Both the position numbers and the translations under genes were made by a program. A stretch of DNA of 64,000 bases from an uncultured Acholeplasmataceae bacterium (GTDB taxonomy: Bacteria; Bacillota_I; Bacilli_A; Acholeplasmatales; Acholeplasmataceae): positions 13,628-77,627 of the forward strand of contig CAUTZH010000003.1 of assembly GCA_963543155.1 (NCBI GenBank), read 5' to 3'. Of the stretch, positions 18,005 to 27,707 are shown one piece after another. Below the pieces are notes generated by a model that was not told the DNA's origin, searched no databases, and saw only the letters and a list, made by a program, of their open reading frames with translations. How positions within the stretch are numbered: the stretch's first letter is position 1; every line of letters begins with the position of its first letter.

Positions 18005-19699
18005 TTATTTAATTTTCTTAATTTTTTTCAGAACTTGGCTCTTAATTGACTCAAGTTCTTCAACTGATTTGGCTTTTGAAGAAGTATGCACTGAAAAGTA
18101 GATTTTAATTTTTGGCTCAGTACCAGATGGGCGCACTGTTACCCAAGAGCCGTCTTCAAGATAGTATTTTAAGAAGTTTTGTTTAGGTAGAGTAATTTTT
18201 TCAACTTTGCCTTCTTGATAAGTTCTGGTTTGTGCTTTGTAGTCTTCTACTTTAACAATAGTGTGTCCTTTTAACTCAAGTCCAGTTTCGCGGAAGTTTT
18301 GAACAATTCTTTGGATTCTTTCGGCACCTTCAAAACCTTTTAAGACGATATTTTCAGTGTACTCAAGATAATATCCGTATTTTTCGTAAATTTCATCCAA
18401 ATAATCTACGATTGTTTGGTTGCGACCTTTTAGCCAAGATGCTAGTTCTGAAAACATGTAAGCAGCCTGAAGTGCGTCTTTGTCTCTAGTGTGTTCACCT
18501 AAAATAAAGCCGATTGACTCTTCGCAGCCAAATACGTATTGTCCTTCTTTTAGTTTATTCATTTCACCTGCAATAAACTTAAAGCCGGTTAAAGTGTAGA
18601 CAAACTTAAGTCCAAAGTCTTCAGTCATCACGCGAAGTAAGTCAGTAGTAACTACAGTTGAAATTACAACTCCGTCTTTAGGCAAAGTTCCTTTTTCTTT
18701 GCGTTGAGAAAGTGTGTAGTAAAGCAGAGCATGCGCCATTTGGTTTCCGTTTAAAAACACAAAGTCTTTGTTGTGTTTAACAGCAACACCTATGCGGTCT
18801 GCATCTGGGTCTGACATTAAAATCAGTTCGCAGTTTTCTTTTTGGGCGTAAGGATAAAGCCCATCCCAGGCTTTGATAAACTCAGGGTTGACAACTTTAA
18901 CATTCGGAAAATCTGGGTCAATTGTCATGTGAGGCAGGTATTTAATTACGTTGAAACCTTTTTGTTCCAAATAACGCGGAATTATAGTTGCGCCTGTTCC
19001 GTGAACTGGTGAAAACAAGACAGAAACTGGTTCTTTTGGTTTGTTTAACTGAATTTTGTCGCAAGCCTTAAAGAATGCTTTTTCAACGTCTTCAAGGACA
19101 TATTCAATTAGTTTAGAGTCGTGTTCAGTTTCAATTGAAAACAAGTCTTTAATTGCATTAATTTTCTCAACTACGGCATTAGCCTCGTCAACTTCCAATT
19201 GTGCACCTGTGTGATTGTAAACTTTATATCCATTGTATTCTTTTGGGTTGTGAGAAGCAGTGACCATTACACCAAATCCAGCGTTTAGGTAGCGAACTGC
19301 AAACGAAACCATAGGGGTAGGGCGAAGTTCTTTAAATAAGTAAACCTTGATGCCAGCGTGTGCAAGTACACTAGCGGCCTCTTCTGCAAAGTCTTTAGAG
19401 TGGTGGCGGTTATCATAACAAATCACCACGCCTTGGTCTTTGTAAGTTTTGGTTTCTAAAATATAGTCAGCCAGACCTTTTGAGCAACGTCTAACTGTAA
19501 AGATGTTCATACGGTTAGTACCAGGTCCAATTAGCCCGCGCAGACCACCTGTTCCAAATTCCAAGTCTTTGTAAAAAGACTCTTTGATTTCTTTTTTGCC
19601 AAATTTCTTTAATTCGTCTTGTAGGTATTGAGGAAGTTTTTCTTGGTTTAACCACTGTGTATAGACTTCCATTTCTAAACTTAATTTTTTATCAGCCAT
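18005..19699 (-). CDS. Phosphoglucomutase/phosphomannomutase-family phosphohexomutase
   Basis: 564 aa; active-site loop 'TASHNPKEYNGYKV' and metal loop 'DPDADR'. Confidence 0.9.
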   Translation of the reverse strand: MADKKLSLEMEVYTQWLNQEKLPQYLQDELKKFGKKEIKESFYKDLEFGTGGLRGLIGPGTNRMNIFTVRRCSKGLADYILETKTYKDQGVVICYDNRHHSKDFAEEAASVLAHAGIKVYLFKELRPTPMVSFAVRYLNAGFGVMVTASHNPKEYNGYKVYNHTGAQLEVDEANAVVEKINAIKDLFSIETEHDSKLIEYVLEDVEKAFFKACDKIQLNKPKEPVSVLFSPVHGTGATIIPRYLEQKGFNVIKYLPHMTIDPDFPNVKVVNPEFIKAWDGLYPYAQKENCELILMSDPDADRIGVAVKHNKDFVFLNGNQMAHALLYYTLSQRKEKGTLPKDGVVISTVVTTDLLRVMTEDFGLKFVYTLTGFKFIAGEMNKLKEGQYVFGCEESIGFILGEHTRDKDALQAAYMFSELASWLKGRNQTIVDYLDEIYEKYGYYLEYTENIVLKGFEGAERIQRIVQNFRETGLELKGHTIVKVEDYKAQTRTYQEGKVEKITLPKQNFLKYYLEDGSWVTVRPSGTEPKIKIYFSVHTSSKAKSVEELESIKSQVLKKIKKIK

Positions 19700-20459
19700 T
19701 TTTTCCTCCTAAAATTAAATTAGCCAGTTTAATCATGCCCTTAAAAACTAAAGTATCGTCGTATTTTAAAGGCAGATTTCCTTTTAGTTTTTTTAAAAAA
19801 AACTGAGCAGAACCACCAGTTAAATAAACTGATTTTATGGTTGGATTATCTTTATATATTATACGCAAAAATTCAGAAATTTCAAAACACGACGAGAAGT
19901 AAATCCCGCTATCTAGGCAATCTTTGGTGGTATTGCCAAGCAAACTTTCCGGAATTTTTGGAGTATGTTGAGAAAGCAAAGCACCTTTGGAAATCAGGCT
20001 GTATTTTAAATTGTAGCCAGGCGAAATTGCAGCACCTTCTATTTGATTTTTATATATCAGTAGATATTTATTAAAAGTACCAATATCGGCAATCAAAGTG
20101 CGTTCATTTTCTGATACCGAAAAAACTAAAGTCAAGAGGTCAGCACCAATATCGCTTGGGAAATTTTCTTTAATCTCTACTGGTAATTTCAAATAAGTTA
20201 GTTCTGTAAACTCGCATTCTTGTTCTTTTAAAACTGAGGTTAAAATTTCTGTTGCTTTTGGTACAACTGAAATAAAGTAAATTTGCGTTTTTTTAATTAC
20301 GCGGTCTTTAATTAAAGTATCAGCAAGTTTTTTATCAAAATCTTTAGTTAAAACTGAGGTTATCGCTTTTATTTTATTTTCAGAAAAAACTGCAGTTTTT
20401 ACTCTGGTGTTGCCAATGTCTATTAAAAAAATTTCACTCGCCATCAGTAATTGCTTCAT
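19692..20459 (-). CDS. coaX: Type III pantothenate kinase
   Basis: 255 aa; 'LIDIGNTRVK' N-terminal motif and 'ADIGT' (ASKHA fold). Confidence 0.8.
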   Translation of the reverse strand: MKQLLMASEIFLIDIGNTRVKTAVFSENKIKAITSVLTKDFDKKLADTLIKDRVIKKTQIYFISVVPKATEILTSVLKEQECEFTELTYLKLPVEIKENFPSDIGADLLTLVFSVSENERTLIADIGTFNKYLLIYKNQIEGAAISPGYNLKYSLISKGALLSQHTPKIPESLLGNTTKDCLDSGIYFSSCFEISEFLRIIYKDNPTIKSVYLTGGSAQFFLKKLKGNLPLKYDDTLVFKGMIKLANLILGGKNG

Positions 20460-21237
20460 CTAGATTTTCAGCCTTATTTAAAAAGTGTTCTTTGTAAGTA
20501 AATTGAACTACGGTGTAAATTGGCACACAAATTAACAGCGAAAGCAGGGTTTCCAAAACTGTGTTAAAAGAAATTATTGATAAAAATAACTTACCAGCAT
20601 TTGGCGGATAGAGTTTTTTGATATACAAATATAAAAATAGAGCTCCTAACACCATTGTTGAATAAATTATTTGACTTAAAATTACGGTATTGGTAATAAC
20701 TAAAGTTTGTTTTTTAAAAGTCAAGACAAACAAAATAAGCGAACCTATAAATAAAAAAGAAGTTAACGTAAATACAAATATTTTCATGCCAAGACTGTAG
20801 GTTTTAGTAAGTTGGACTAACGCAAAATAAACAACTCCAAAGAAAATAAGATAAAGCGCAAACAAAACTGCTTTTTTCCAAATTCTATCTTCACCGATTT
20901 TTCTAAATATAGCGTAGATAAAAACAGCAGTAAAACCGAAGAAAACTCGGGCAGGAACTGCGACTAAAAAGTTTTGAAACGCCAGGTCTATTGGAGAAGT
21001 TGCAAAAGCTAGGGCGTAAAGCCAGGAGTTTAGTCCAAAAATACTTGCAAGTAAAACTGTGTAGTACCACGGCAAAACACCTAAAGAAAGCAGCACAAAC
21101 ACCGGAATTATAGTTAGCGAAACCGGAGGGATTTGAATAAAACCGATTTGCGGAACCCAAGAAAACAAGACAATAAGTGCTGCAAATACTGCAAAAATAG
21201 TGGCATTTATCAATCTTTTTTTATTTTTTAAATTCAT
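20434..21237 (-). CDS. Polytopic membrane protein, ECF-transporter S-component-like
   Basis: 267 aa with ~7 hydrophobic segments. The N-terminus 'INATIFAVFAALIVLFSWVP' resembles S components. Overlaps coaX. Confidence 0.45.
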   Translation of the reverse strand: MNLKNKKRLINATIFAVFAALIVLFSWVPQIGFIQIPPVSLTIIPVFVLLSLGVLPWYYTVLLASIFGLNSWLYALAFATSPIDLAFQNFLVAVPARVFFGFTAVFIYAIFRKIGEDRIWKKAVLFALYLIFFGVVYFALVQLTKTYSLGMKIFVFTLTSFLFIGSLILFVLTFKKQTLVITNTVILSQIIYSTMVLGALFLYLYIKKLYPPNAGKLFLSIISFNTVLETLLSLLICVPIYTVVQFTYKEHFLNKAENLDEAITDGE

Positions 21238-21255
21238 TTAACAAGTTCTTTCTTT

Positions 21256-22275
21256 TTAGTAGATAAACATCGCATCGCCAAATGAAAAAAACATATAGTC
21301 GTTTTCAATTGCGTGCGTGTATGCGCGAAGAGTATCGACTTTAGTCCAAAAAGCAGATACAAGCATAATTAGCGTTGATTTCGGCAAATGAAAATTAGTA
21401 ATTAAACCAGATACCACTCTAAAGTGGTAGCCTGGATAGATAAAAATGTCGGTCTCGGCGCTAGTTTCCGCGAAACCTACATTTTCTTGGTAAGCCGACT
21501 CAAGAACCCGAACAGAAGTAGTGCCACAAGCCACAATTCTTCTTTTTTCTAAAAGTGCTTTGTTTAAGACACTAGCAGTTTCTTTAGTGATAAAGTAAGT
21601 TTCCTTATGCATTTTATGATCAAGCACATTTTCAACAGTAGGCGGGCGAAAAGTGCCAAGGCCAACGTGCAAAGTAACTTCAGCAATCTCAACACCTTTA
21701 TTTTTAAGTGCAGCAAGTAACTCTGGTGTAAAGTGAAAGCCAGCGGTAGGAGCTGCGGCAGACCCGTCAATTTTTGCGTATACCGTTTGGTAGTCTGCTT
21801 TGTTTTCGCATTTAGTTTTAATGTATGGAGGCAGCGGCATTTCACCGATTTCATCTAAAATTTCATATAAATTGCCAGTGTAGTTTAATTTAAGCGAAGT
21901 TATGCCTTCTTCTTTTAACTCAACAACTTCTGCAGTTAATTTCGCAGAAAAAGTAATAATTGTCCCAATTTTTAATTTCTTTTGTGGTTTTGCAAGTGCT
22001 TCAAATACGCTTTTTTCAGTGGGTTTGAGTAAAAGCACTTCTACCGCGCCACCAGTTTCTTTTTGGCCGTGTAGGCGAAAAGGCACAACTTTGGAGTTGT
22101 TTAAAACTAGAACATCACCTGGTTGAAAATAATTAAGAATGTCCGAAAAATTAAGATCAGTTAAACTGCCGGTTTCTCTGTTACAGACCAAAAGTTTAGC
22201 ATCGTCTCTTTTTTGATAAGGAGTTTGTGCTATTCTTTTGGGGTCTAAAATAAAATTAAATTCGTCAACTTTCAT
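21256..22275 (-). CDS. queA: S-adenosylmethionine:tRNA ribosyltransferase-isomerase
   Basis: 339 aa; 'MKVDEFNFILDPKRIAQTP', 'MPLPPYI', 'APTAGFHFT' and 'GTTSVR' are QueA hallmarks. Confidence 0.95.
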   Translation of the reverse strand: MKVDEFNFILDPKRIAQTPYQKRDDAKLLVCNRETGSLTDLNFSDILNYFQPGDVLVLNNSKVVPFRLHGQKETGGAVEVLLLKPTEKSVFEALAKPQKKLKIGTIITFSAKLTAEVVELKEEGITSLKLNYTGNLYEILDEIGEMPLPPYIKTKCENKADYQTVYAKIDGSAAAPTAGFHFTPELLAALKNKGVEIAEVTLHVGLGTFRPPTVENVLDHKMHKETYFITKETASVLNKALLEKRRIVACGTTSVRVLESAYQENVGFAETSAETDIFIYPGYHFRVVSGLITNFHLPKSTLIMLVSAFWTKVDTLRAYTHAIENDYMFFSFGDAMFIY

Positions 22276-22304
22276 AGTAAAAATTATAGCAACTAATTAG
22301 TGCT

Positions 22305-24191
22305 TTAAAGCAAATTGATTTGACTAACTTTTTCAAAAATAGTTAGTGTTGAGTTTTTCGCGATTTTGTTGATTTCTGCTTTTAATTCTGGGTGTTTTTT
22401 AAGTTTTCTCTGAATTAGTCTGCTCAGAACACTTTCTTTAATTTCAGCAGTTGGTTCAAACTCATCAACTCGCCAATCTGGAAACTCAAAATCAAAATCA
22501 GGAAAACCTAAAAAGTAATAAATTTGCTCAATTATTTGGCCTGCTTTATTTAGTATGTTTACCTTAACAAAATAGCCTTTTTTGTCAAAGCCGATAACTT
22601 CGCCTTTGCCAAAAAAACTTTCTTTAGTTTTTTTAAAAAACCTACTTTGCTCATCTTGAGGAAGGTCGCTAAACTGCTCGGCGTGAATGTGGTCTACGTG
22701 GTCAATTATATAGTTTTTGCCGTCAAAATAAGTAATTTCTTTTGCATCAAAAATTTCTGGATACTTGCTTAAAAAAGGAGTGTTGTTTAAAGTAAACGAA
22801 AGCACTCTGTTTAAGTAAGTGAATTCACTTAAACTATCGAACTTAGTGTTATTTAAATTAAGTTTTTTAATTGTGGTTTTACTTAAATTACTTTGAAAAT
22901 CAAAAGTAGTAAAGTTTGTTGAATTACTTAAATTTAATTCAGAAAGGTGGGTTAGTTTATCTAAAAAAGAAAGATTAAATAACTTATCTGAGTAAGTAAT
23001 TTCTAGATATTTAAGTTTACTTAAATTGCCCAGTAAAGCGAAATTATCGTTATTTAGTCCTTTAATTTTGCTTAGCATTAAGCCAGATAAACTTGTTAGT
23101 TTAGAGATATTGTCAAGAGAGTTTAGAGTAACTTTGTTTAGTTCTAACTTAGTGAGTTTGTTTCCAAAATCTACATTAGATAAATCAAAATTACCTTCAA
23201 TTTTAAGCGATTTTAGGTTACTGTTTTTTAAAACATTAAAGTCAAAAACTACTGGCTTAATGTCGGAGTAATTCAACTCAAGTTCATCTAAACTTACTGT
23301 ATTTAGTAAATTAAGATTTGTGATTATTGTGTTATTTTTTAGTACCAGTCCAGTAATGTTTTGGTGTTTTTTAAGTAGTTTTATAAGTTCTGTGTTGTCT
23401 AAATTTTTTGGGGAAACTAATGTTTTTAAATTAGTAAATTGTGAAATAAATAGATAGTCTTTCGCGGTATTTTTTTTATCAAAATAACTGGCGCTTAAGT
23501 TTACATAAGTTATCTTAGTTAAAAATTCAGATATCCCAAATTTATCTGTTTTAGGAGTTTCCGAAAAATAAATTAAATCGGTATTTTTAGCAAGTAAACT
23601 TACAGGTATATTTTTTTGAGTAAAGCCGGTTTTTAAATAATTGTATTGCGCAGCGTTTAAGTCTCTAACCGAAAAGTTGTTATCTTTTTCTTTACTAAAA
23701 GTAATAATTTCTGGGTAAGTTTGGAAAAATAAAGTCTTTCCGTCTTGAGAATATACTTCAGCAATCACCAAAGCGTGGTCATACTCATCAGTTAAAACTA
23801 TATTGCTCTTTGGAGTTTTTAAAGTGCCTGAATACACTAATCTATAGTTTTCATCTGCTGTTTTTTTAACTAAATACTTAAAAACGAAATCTCCTGGATA
23901 CGAAAAATTAGTGATATTTAGTTCAAGTGTCGAGTCTTTTTGATAAGTCTTAAAATAATCAAAGTTAACTTTTTCTTTATCTAACTTCTCATACTTTAAA
24001 ACAAAGCCATTTCGTTTTACTGAAAACCTACCGTTTTTTGTTTTAATTTCTTCGCCATATTTATCGTAAACTGCTTTAACTAACTTACCTGGTTTGTTAA
24101 AGTTATTTAAACTATATTCTTGTAGTGCGACGCAACTAAATAGTGTAAAAATCAAAAAAAGTGTAATTGTAAAAGAAAAGATTTTTTTCAT
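22305..24191 (-). CDS. Leucine-rich-repeat lipoprotein (internalin-like LRR)
   Basis: 628 aa; signal peptide with lipobox 'LFSC'. Roughly aa 250-470 are ~22-aa LxxLxLxxN repeats ('LKSLKIEGNFDLSNVDF', 'LTSLSGLMLSKIKGLNN', 'LSKLKYLEITYSDKLFNLSFL'). Confidence 0.75.
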   Translation of the reverse strand: MKKIFSFTITLFLIFTLFSCVALQEYSLNNFNKPGKLVKAVYDKYGEEIKTKNGRFSVKRNGFVLKYEKLDKEKVNFDYFKTYQKDSTLELNITNFSYPGDFVFKYLVKKTADENYRLVYSGTLKTPKSNIVLTDEYDHALVIAEVYSQDGKTLFFQTYPEIITFSKEKDNNFSVRDLNAAQYNYLKTGFTQKNIPVSLLAKNTDLIYFSETPKTDKFGISEFLTKITYVNLSASYFDKKNTAKDYLFISQFTNLKTLVSPKNLDNTELIKLLKKHQNITGLVLKNNTIITNLNLLNTVSLDELELNYSDIKPVVFDFNVLKNSNLKSLKIEGNFDLSNVDFGNKLTKLELNKVTLNSLDNISKLTSLSGLMLSKIKGLNNDNFALLGNLSKLKYLEITYSDKLFNLSFLDKLTHLSELNLSNSTNFTTFDFQSNLSKTTIKKLNLNNTKFDSLSEFTYLNRVLSFTLNNTPFLSKYPEIFDAKEITYFDGKNYIIDHVDHIHAEQFSDLPQDEQSRFFKKTKESFFGKGEVIGFDKKGYFVKVNILNKAGQIIEQIYYFLGFPDFDFEFPDWRVDEFEPTAEIKESVLSRLIQRKLKKHPELKAEINKIAKNSTLTIFEKVSQINLL

Positions 24192-24299
24192 TTCAAGTTC
24201 CTTTCTTTGTTAATTATATACCCTTGTAAAATAATTTGCGAATGATTTGCAAATTAAACTAAAAAGCCTAGATAAAGCCAAAAATTGTGCTATTTGCTG

Positions 24300-24308
24300 T
24301 GGTATAAT
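24300..24308 (+). promoter_or_regulatory. Extended -10 element (TGgTATAAT) for the coiled-coil gene
   Basis: tggtataat ends 11 nt before ATG 24320, so the 5' UTR would be only a few nt. A palindrome, atttgcaaat, lies at 24245-24254 in the divergent region. Confidence 0.4.
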
Positions 24309-24319
24309 TTTTAAGGAAT

Positions 24320-27226
24320 ATGTTAAACAAAGAAGATCTGATAAAAACATTTCAAAATATTTTTAAGTCAACCCTTGACTTTAAAAAGTACGAAAGTGTT
24401 TTTGACAAAATTATTAAAGAACTTGCAATTTCAACCAAAGAAATTCACAGTCTTGAAGAGAAAATCAATAGCCAAATTCAGGCTAATTTTTTGTTTATAG
24501 ACAAAAAAATTCATGAATATAAACTAAAGACTAAAGATATTTTTAAAGAAGTTTCAGAAAAACAAGCAGAGTTTAGTCAAAAACTTTTAGAAAAAGAAAC
24601 TGAAATAGAAAAGTTTGTAGACAGCGCTAACTTTAGATTGGTAAGCAAGAAAAATATTTTAAGAGAAGAAAATAAAAAAACTAATTTAGAGTTTGACGAA
24701 CAAATCATTTCTTTTACCGACAAAAAACTAAAAGATGAAAATATTATTTTAAAGTCTGTAAAAGACCAGACAAAACTGGCTGACCAAAATTTAAAATTGC
24801 GTCTAAACTTTATCAACACTAACTTTGAAACAAAGTCTAAAAACCTACAAGCCACATATCCAGAAACTAGTGAAAAAACTAATTTTGAACCAATTAGCGA
24901 GCAACCAGATGACACAATTTGGTTTAAAACCTTAGTTAATTTTTATAACGCCAAGGTTAAAAAAATTAACCAAGAAAAAGAGCTAGGCATTAAAACTATT
25001 GACACTTTTTTTAACGAAAAAATCGTCAGACAACAAAAAATAATTGAAACCATTGAAAACAATTATGCAAATATTTTAAAAGAGACTGAACTTGAGTATC
25101 AGGGTAAACTTACAAAACCTGCGGCTGAGTTAGATAATTTAGCCGAACTTAAAAGAACAGAATTAAAAAGTTTTGAAAAAGTTTACTTTGAAGACCTTAA
25201 CTCAGTATATATTAATGAGTATCCAGAAAGTATACAAAATCAGAAAGTCGCTAAAATAAAGGACAACTACAACAAACAAATTGCACAATACTTAAAAAAC
25301 TTTAGTCAAAAAGTGGCGGTAGTTAACGAAAAAATTACTAAAATTAAAGAACAAGCTGTAGAAAATAAAATAAAAATTGAACAAAAACGCGGCGCTAGTG
25401 TTTCAAAAAATAAAATTGCCATTCAAAAACTAGTTGAAACTAAGCGCAAATATCTTGACGAAATTAAGTCTTACTTTCAAAAAACTCTAGATACCTTTGA
25501 CAAGTATTTATTTATTTCTCGTGAGTTTTTTAACTTAAATGTTTTGATAAACAAGAACAAGATGGCAGAGTCTAACTTCATTCAAAACTTAATTCAACGA
25601 AACCAAGAAACTAATTTTAACCACTTAAAAGAAATTTTAAATATTAAACAAGAAAACTTAAATCAAGAAAAAGAAAACTTAATTTTCTCTGCTTTTTCTG
25701 ATACCAACTTAATTAAACAAGAAATAAATGTAGCAAAAGAACTTAAACAAACTCACTTAAACTACTACCACTCTTCACTGCTGAATAACTTAATTTTAAA
25801 GAAAAGTGAAAACGAAAAAGCACACTTGCAAAAACTAAACGCAATTGACCTTTCTTTTAACCTGTACTTTTTAAACTCTTTTTTAAAAAAGGAAACTGAG
25901 AACGCTAAGTTGTTTTTTTCAACTAACGAAAATAGCTTTGTTAAACTAATTCAAATTATTGAAGATTTTTTTACAATTTTTAATAAAAACGACATGTCTA
26001 AAATTCTGAATTTTGACTTTGTTTTAAATTACGCAAACTCTTTAAACAAACACAACTATAATATCGCTGTGTTGCTTAAATCAGTAATAACCGAAATTGA
26101 ACAGGACTTTTTTATAAAAGAACAAATCTCTGACTTTGAGTTATTTGAGTTCAATGCCTATATTGCCGAAACTATAGCGCTTGTTTTGTCTTTTCAGTTT
26201 AAAAGAACCCTTGACATTGTCAACCTGCAGGCTGAAAAAATCTTAAATAAAGTAATTCAGGAAACTGAAAATTGGTTGCTTGAAATTAAACAAAACCAAC
26301 TTAAAGTCGTGGCAATGCTAAAAACTAACCAAAAAGAATACGAAGCAACTTTAAAGCAAATCGTGGCTACCGCTAATGTTGACGAAATTAGTTTTCAGTC
26401 AACTAAAGAGTTTTTCGAGGCCATTAAAAAAGTTCAGGCGAACGCTGAACTAAAAATTAAGACAAACACCGCTTACTTTACTGAAAACATAGTTAGCAGA
26501 CTTTCTGAACTTAAAAAAATGAAAAGCAGTGATTTTTTTGATGCTTTTTATTTCTCTGACCACTTTAAAAACTTAAGTGACCAGTATTTTAGAAAAACCA
26601 TGCACACAACCGCGGTGCAGGCCAAAGCAGTTCGCGGTTTTCAGGCTAAGTTTACAGATGAGTTTAAGAATTTAAAAAAATGGTTCCAAGAACATCGCGA
26701 TAAAATTGTAAAAAAACAACACGACTACCTTGATTTAATTGCTAATTTAAAAACCGAAGTTACCTTAGCGCTAAGTGCTGCACAAGATGAGTTTCTTGAA
26801 GAAATTAAAGCAGAGAAGCGAGATTTGACTTACTTTAAAAAACAAAAGGCTAAAAGGCTGCGCAACAAAATTACTCGTGATTTTTTACGGAAGCAAAAGG
26901 CTTTAAATCAAAAAATTAAGGTTAGTATCGCAACTCTAAAACAAGAACCTTGCGAAAAGAAACGCCTTGAGCAACTGGTTTTTTTAAACAAAGTCCAGAC
27001 ACGCATGAAAATCAGTGCACAAAAAGAGGCAATTAAAGTAAATTATTTAAAAAAATTAAAACAAAAAAATAACGCATTTAAAGCTAAATTAACAGAACTT
27101 GAGCAGCAAAAACGCGCTTATTTAAACGAAGTAAACTCAGATAACGAAACTGCATTACTTAAATATTTAAAAAAATTCAAAGAAACTAAAAAATACATAA
27201 TTAAAATGAAGGGTACCCTTTCCTAG
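24320..27226 (+). CDS. 968-aa K/E/N/Q-rich coiled-coil protein, no signal peptide (hypothetical)
   Basis: Long uninterrupted ORF with heptad-like low-complexity composition throughout. No enzymatic motif recognised. Confidence 0.7.
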   Translation: MLNKEDLIKTFQNIFKSTLDFKKYESVFDKIIKELAISTKEIHSLEEKINSQIQANFLFIDKKIHEYKLKTKDIFKEVSEKQAEFSQKLLEKETEIEKFVDSANFRLVSKKNILREENKKTNLEFDEQIISFTDKKLKDENIILKSVKDQTKLADQNLKLRLNFINTNFETKSKNLQATYPETSEKTNFEPISEQPDDTIWFKTLVNFYNAKVKKINQEKELGIKTIDTFFNEKIVRQQKIIETIENNYANILKETELEYQGKLTKPAAELDNLAELKRTELKSFEKVYFEDLNSVYINEYPESIQNQKVAKIKDNYNKQIAQYLKNFSQKVAVVNEKITKIKEQAVENKIKIEQKRGASVSKNKIAIQKLVETKRKYLDEIKSYFQKTLDTFDKYLFISREFFNLNVLINKNKMAESNFIQNLIQRNQETNFNHLKEILNIKQENLNQEKENLIFSAFSDTNLIKQEINVAKELKQTHLNYYHSSLLNNLILKKSENEKAHLQKLNAIDLSFNLYFLNSFLKKETENAKLFFSTNENSFVKLIQIIEDFFTIFNKNDMSKILNFDFVLNYANSLNKHNYNIAVLLKSVITEIEQDFFIKEQISDFELFEFNAYIAETIALVLSFQFKRTLDIVNLQAEKILNKVIQETENWLLEIKQNQLKVVAMLKTNQKEYEATLKQIVATANVDEISFQSTKEFFEAIKKVQANAELKIKTNTAYFTENIVSRLSELKKMKSSDFFDAFYFSDHFKNLSDQYFRKTMHTTAVQAKAVRGFQAKFTDEFKNLKKWFQEHRDKIVKKQHDYLDLIANLKTEVTLALSAAQDEFLEEIKAEKRDLTYFKKQKAKRLRNKITRDFLRKQKALNQKIKVSIATLKQEPCEKKRLEQLVFLNKVQTRMKISAQKEAIKVNYLKKLKQKNNAFKAKLTELEQQKRAYLNEVNSDNETALLKYLKKFKETKKYIIKMKGTLS

Positions 27227-27248
27227 CGCCTAGGATTTTGGGTACCCT
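27211..27248 (+). terminator. Compound GC-rich hairpin overlapping the stop of the coiled-coil gene
   Basis: gggtaccc ... cctag-cgc-ctagg ... gggtaccc. The outer 8-bp palindromic arms can pair around an inner 5-bp stem. The following tract is only weakly T-rich. Confidence 0.45.
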
Positions 27249-27384
27249 TAAACATTTTTAGTATTTGTATTAAATTACTTTTAACAAAAAGTGTTTTATA
27301 TGAATTATTTAAATTCATTCTTCACTAAAAATCTATAAATATTTCGTTGCACAATGATTACTTTATAAATCTGTCCTTAACTTT

Positions 27385-27434
27385 TTTTCTATCCGTAATT
27401 TTATGTAATTTTACATATTTTTACGGATAGAAAA
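27385..27434. repeat. 50-bp nested near-perfect palindrome
   Basis: Outer arms ttttctatccgtaa / ttacggatagaaaa (14 bp, perfect). Inner arms tatgtaa / ttacata. Confidence 0.9.
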
Positions 27435-27502
27435 TTAAAATATATATTTTATGCTTAATTTTAAGCGAAATACTACTGTTTTTTGAAGCGAAACGACGTT
27501 TA

Positions 27503-27550
27503 TTTTCTATCCGCAATTTTCAGCATTTTTACACAAAAATACGGATACAT
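27503..27550. repeat. Degenerate direct copy of the 27385-27434 palindrome
   Basis: ttttctatccgCaatttt...tttttacaCaaaaatacggataCa. The left 18 nt match the first copy at 17/18. Confidence 0.75.
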
Positions 27551-27707
27551 CTATGCTAACACAATTAATGAAAGTTGACAGTCTAAAAAAATTTGAGGCA
27601 AACCCACGGGCTATTTAAAAGTTGAACACTAAATCATTTTTTGCAGTAGGACAGCATTAAAAAGTTTATAGAACTAGAAAAAACAATATGATGTTACCTT
27701 ATGCAAA

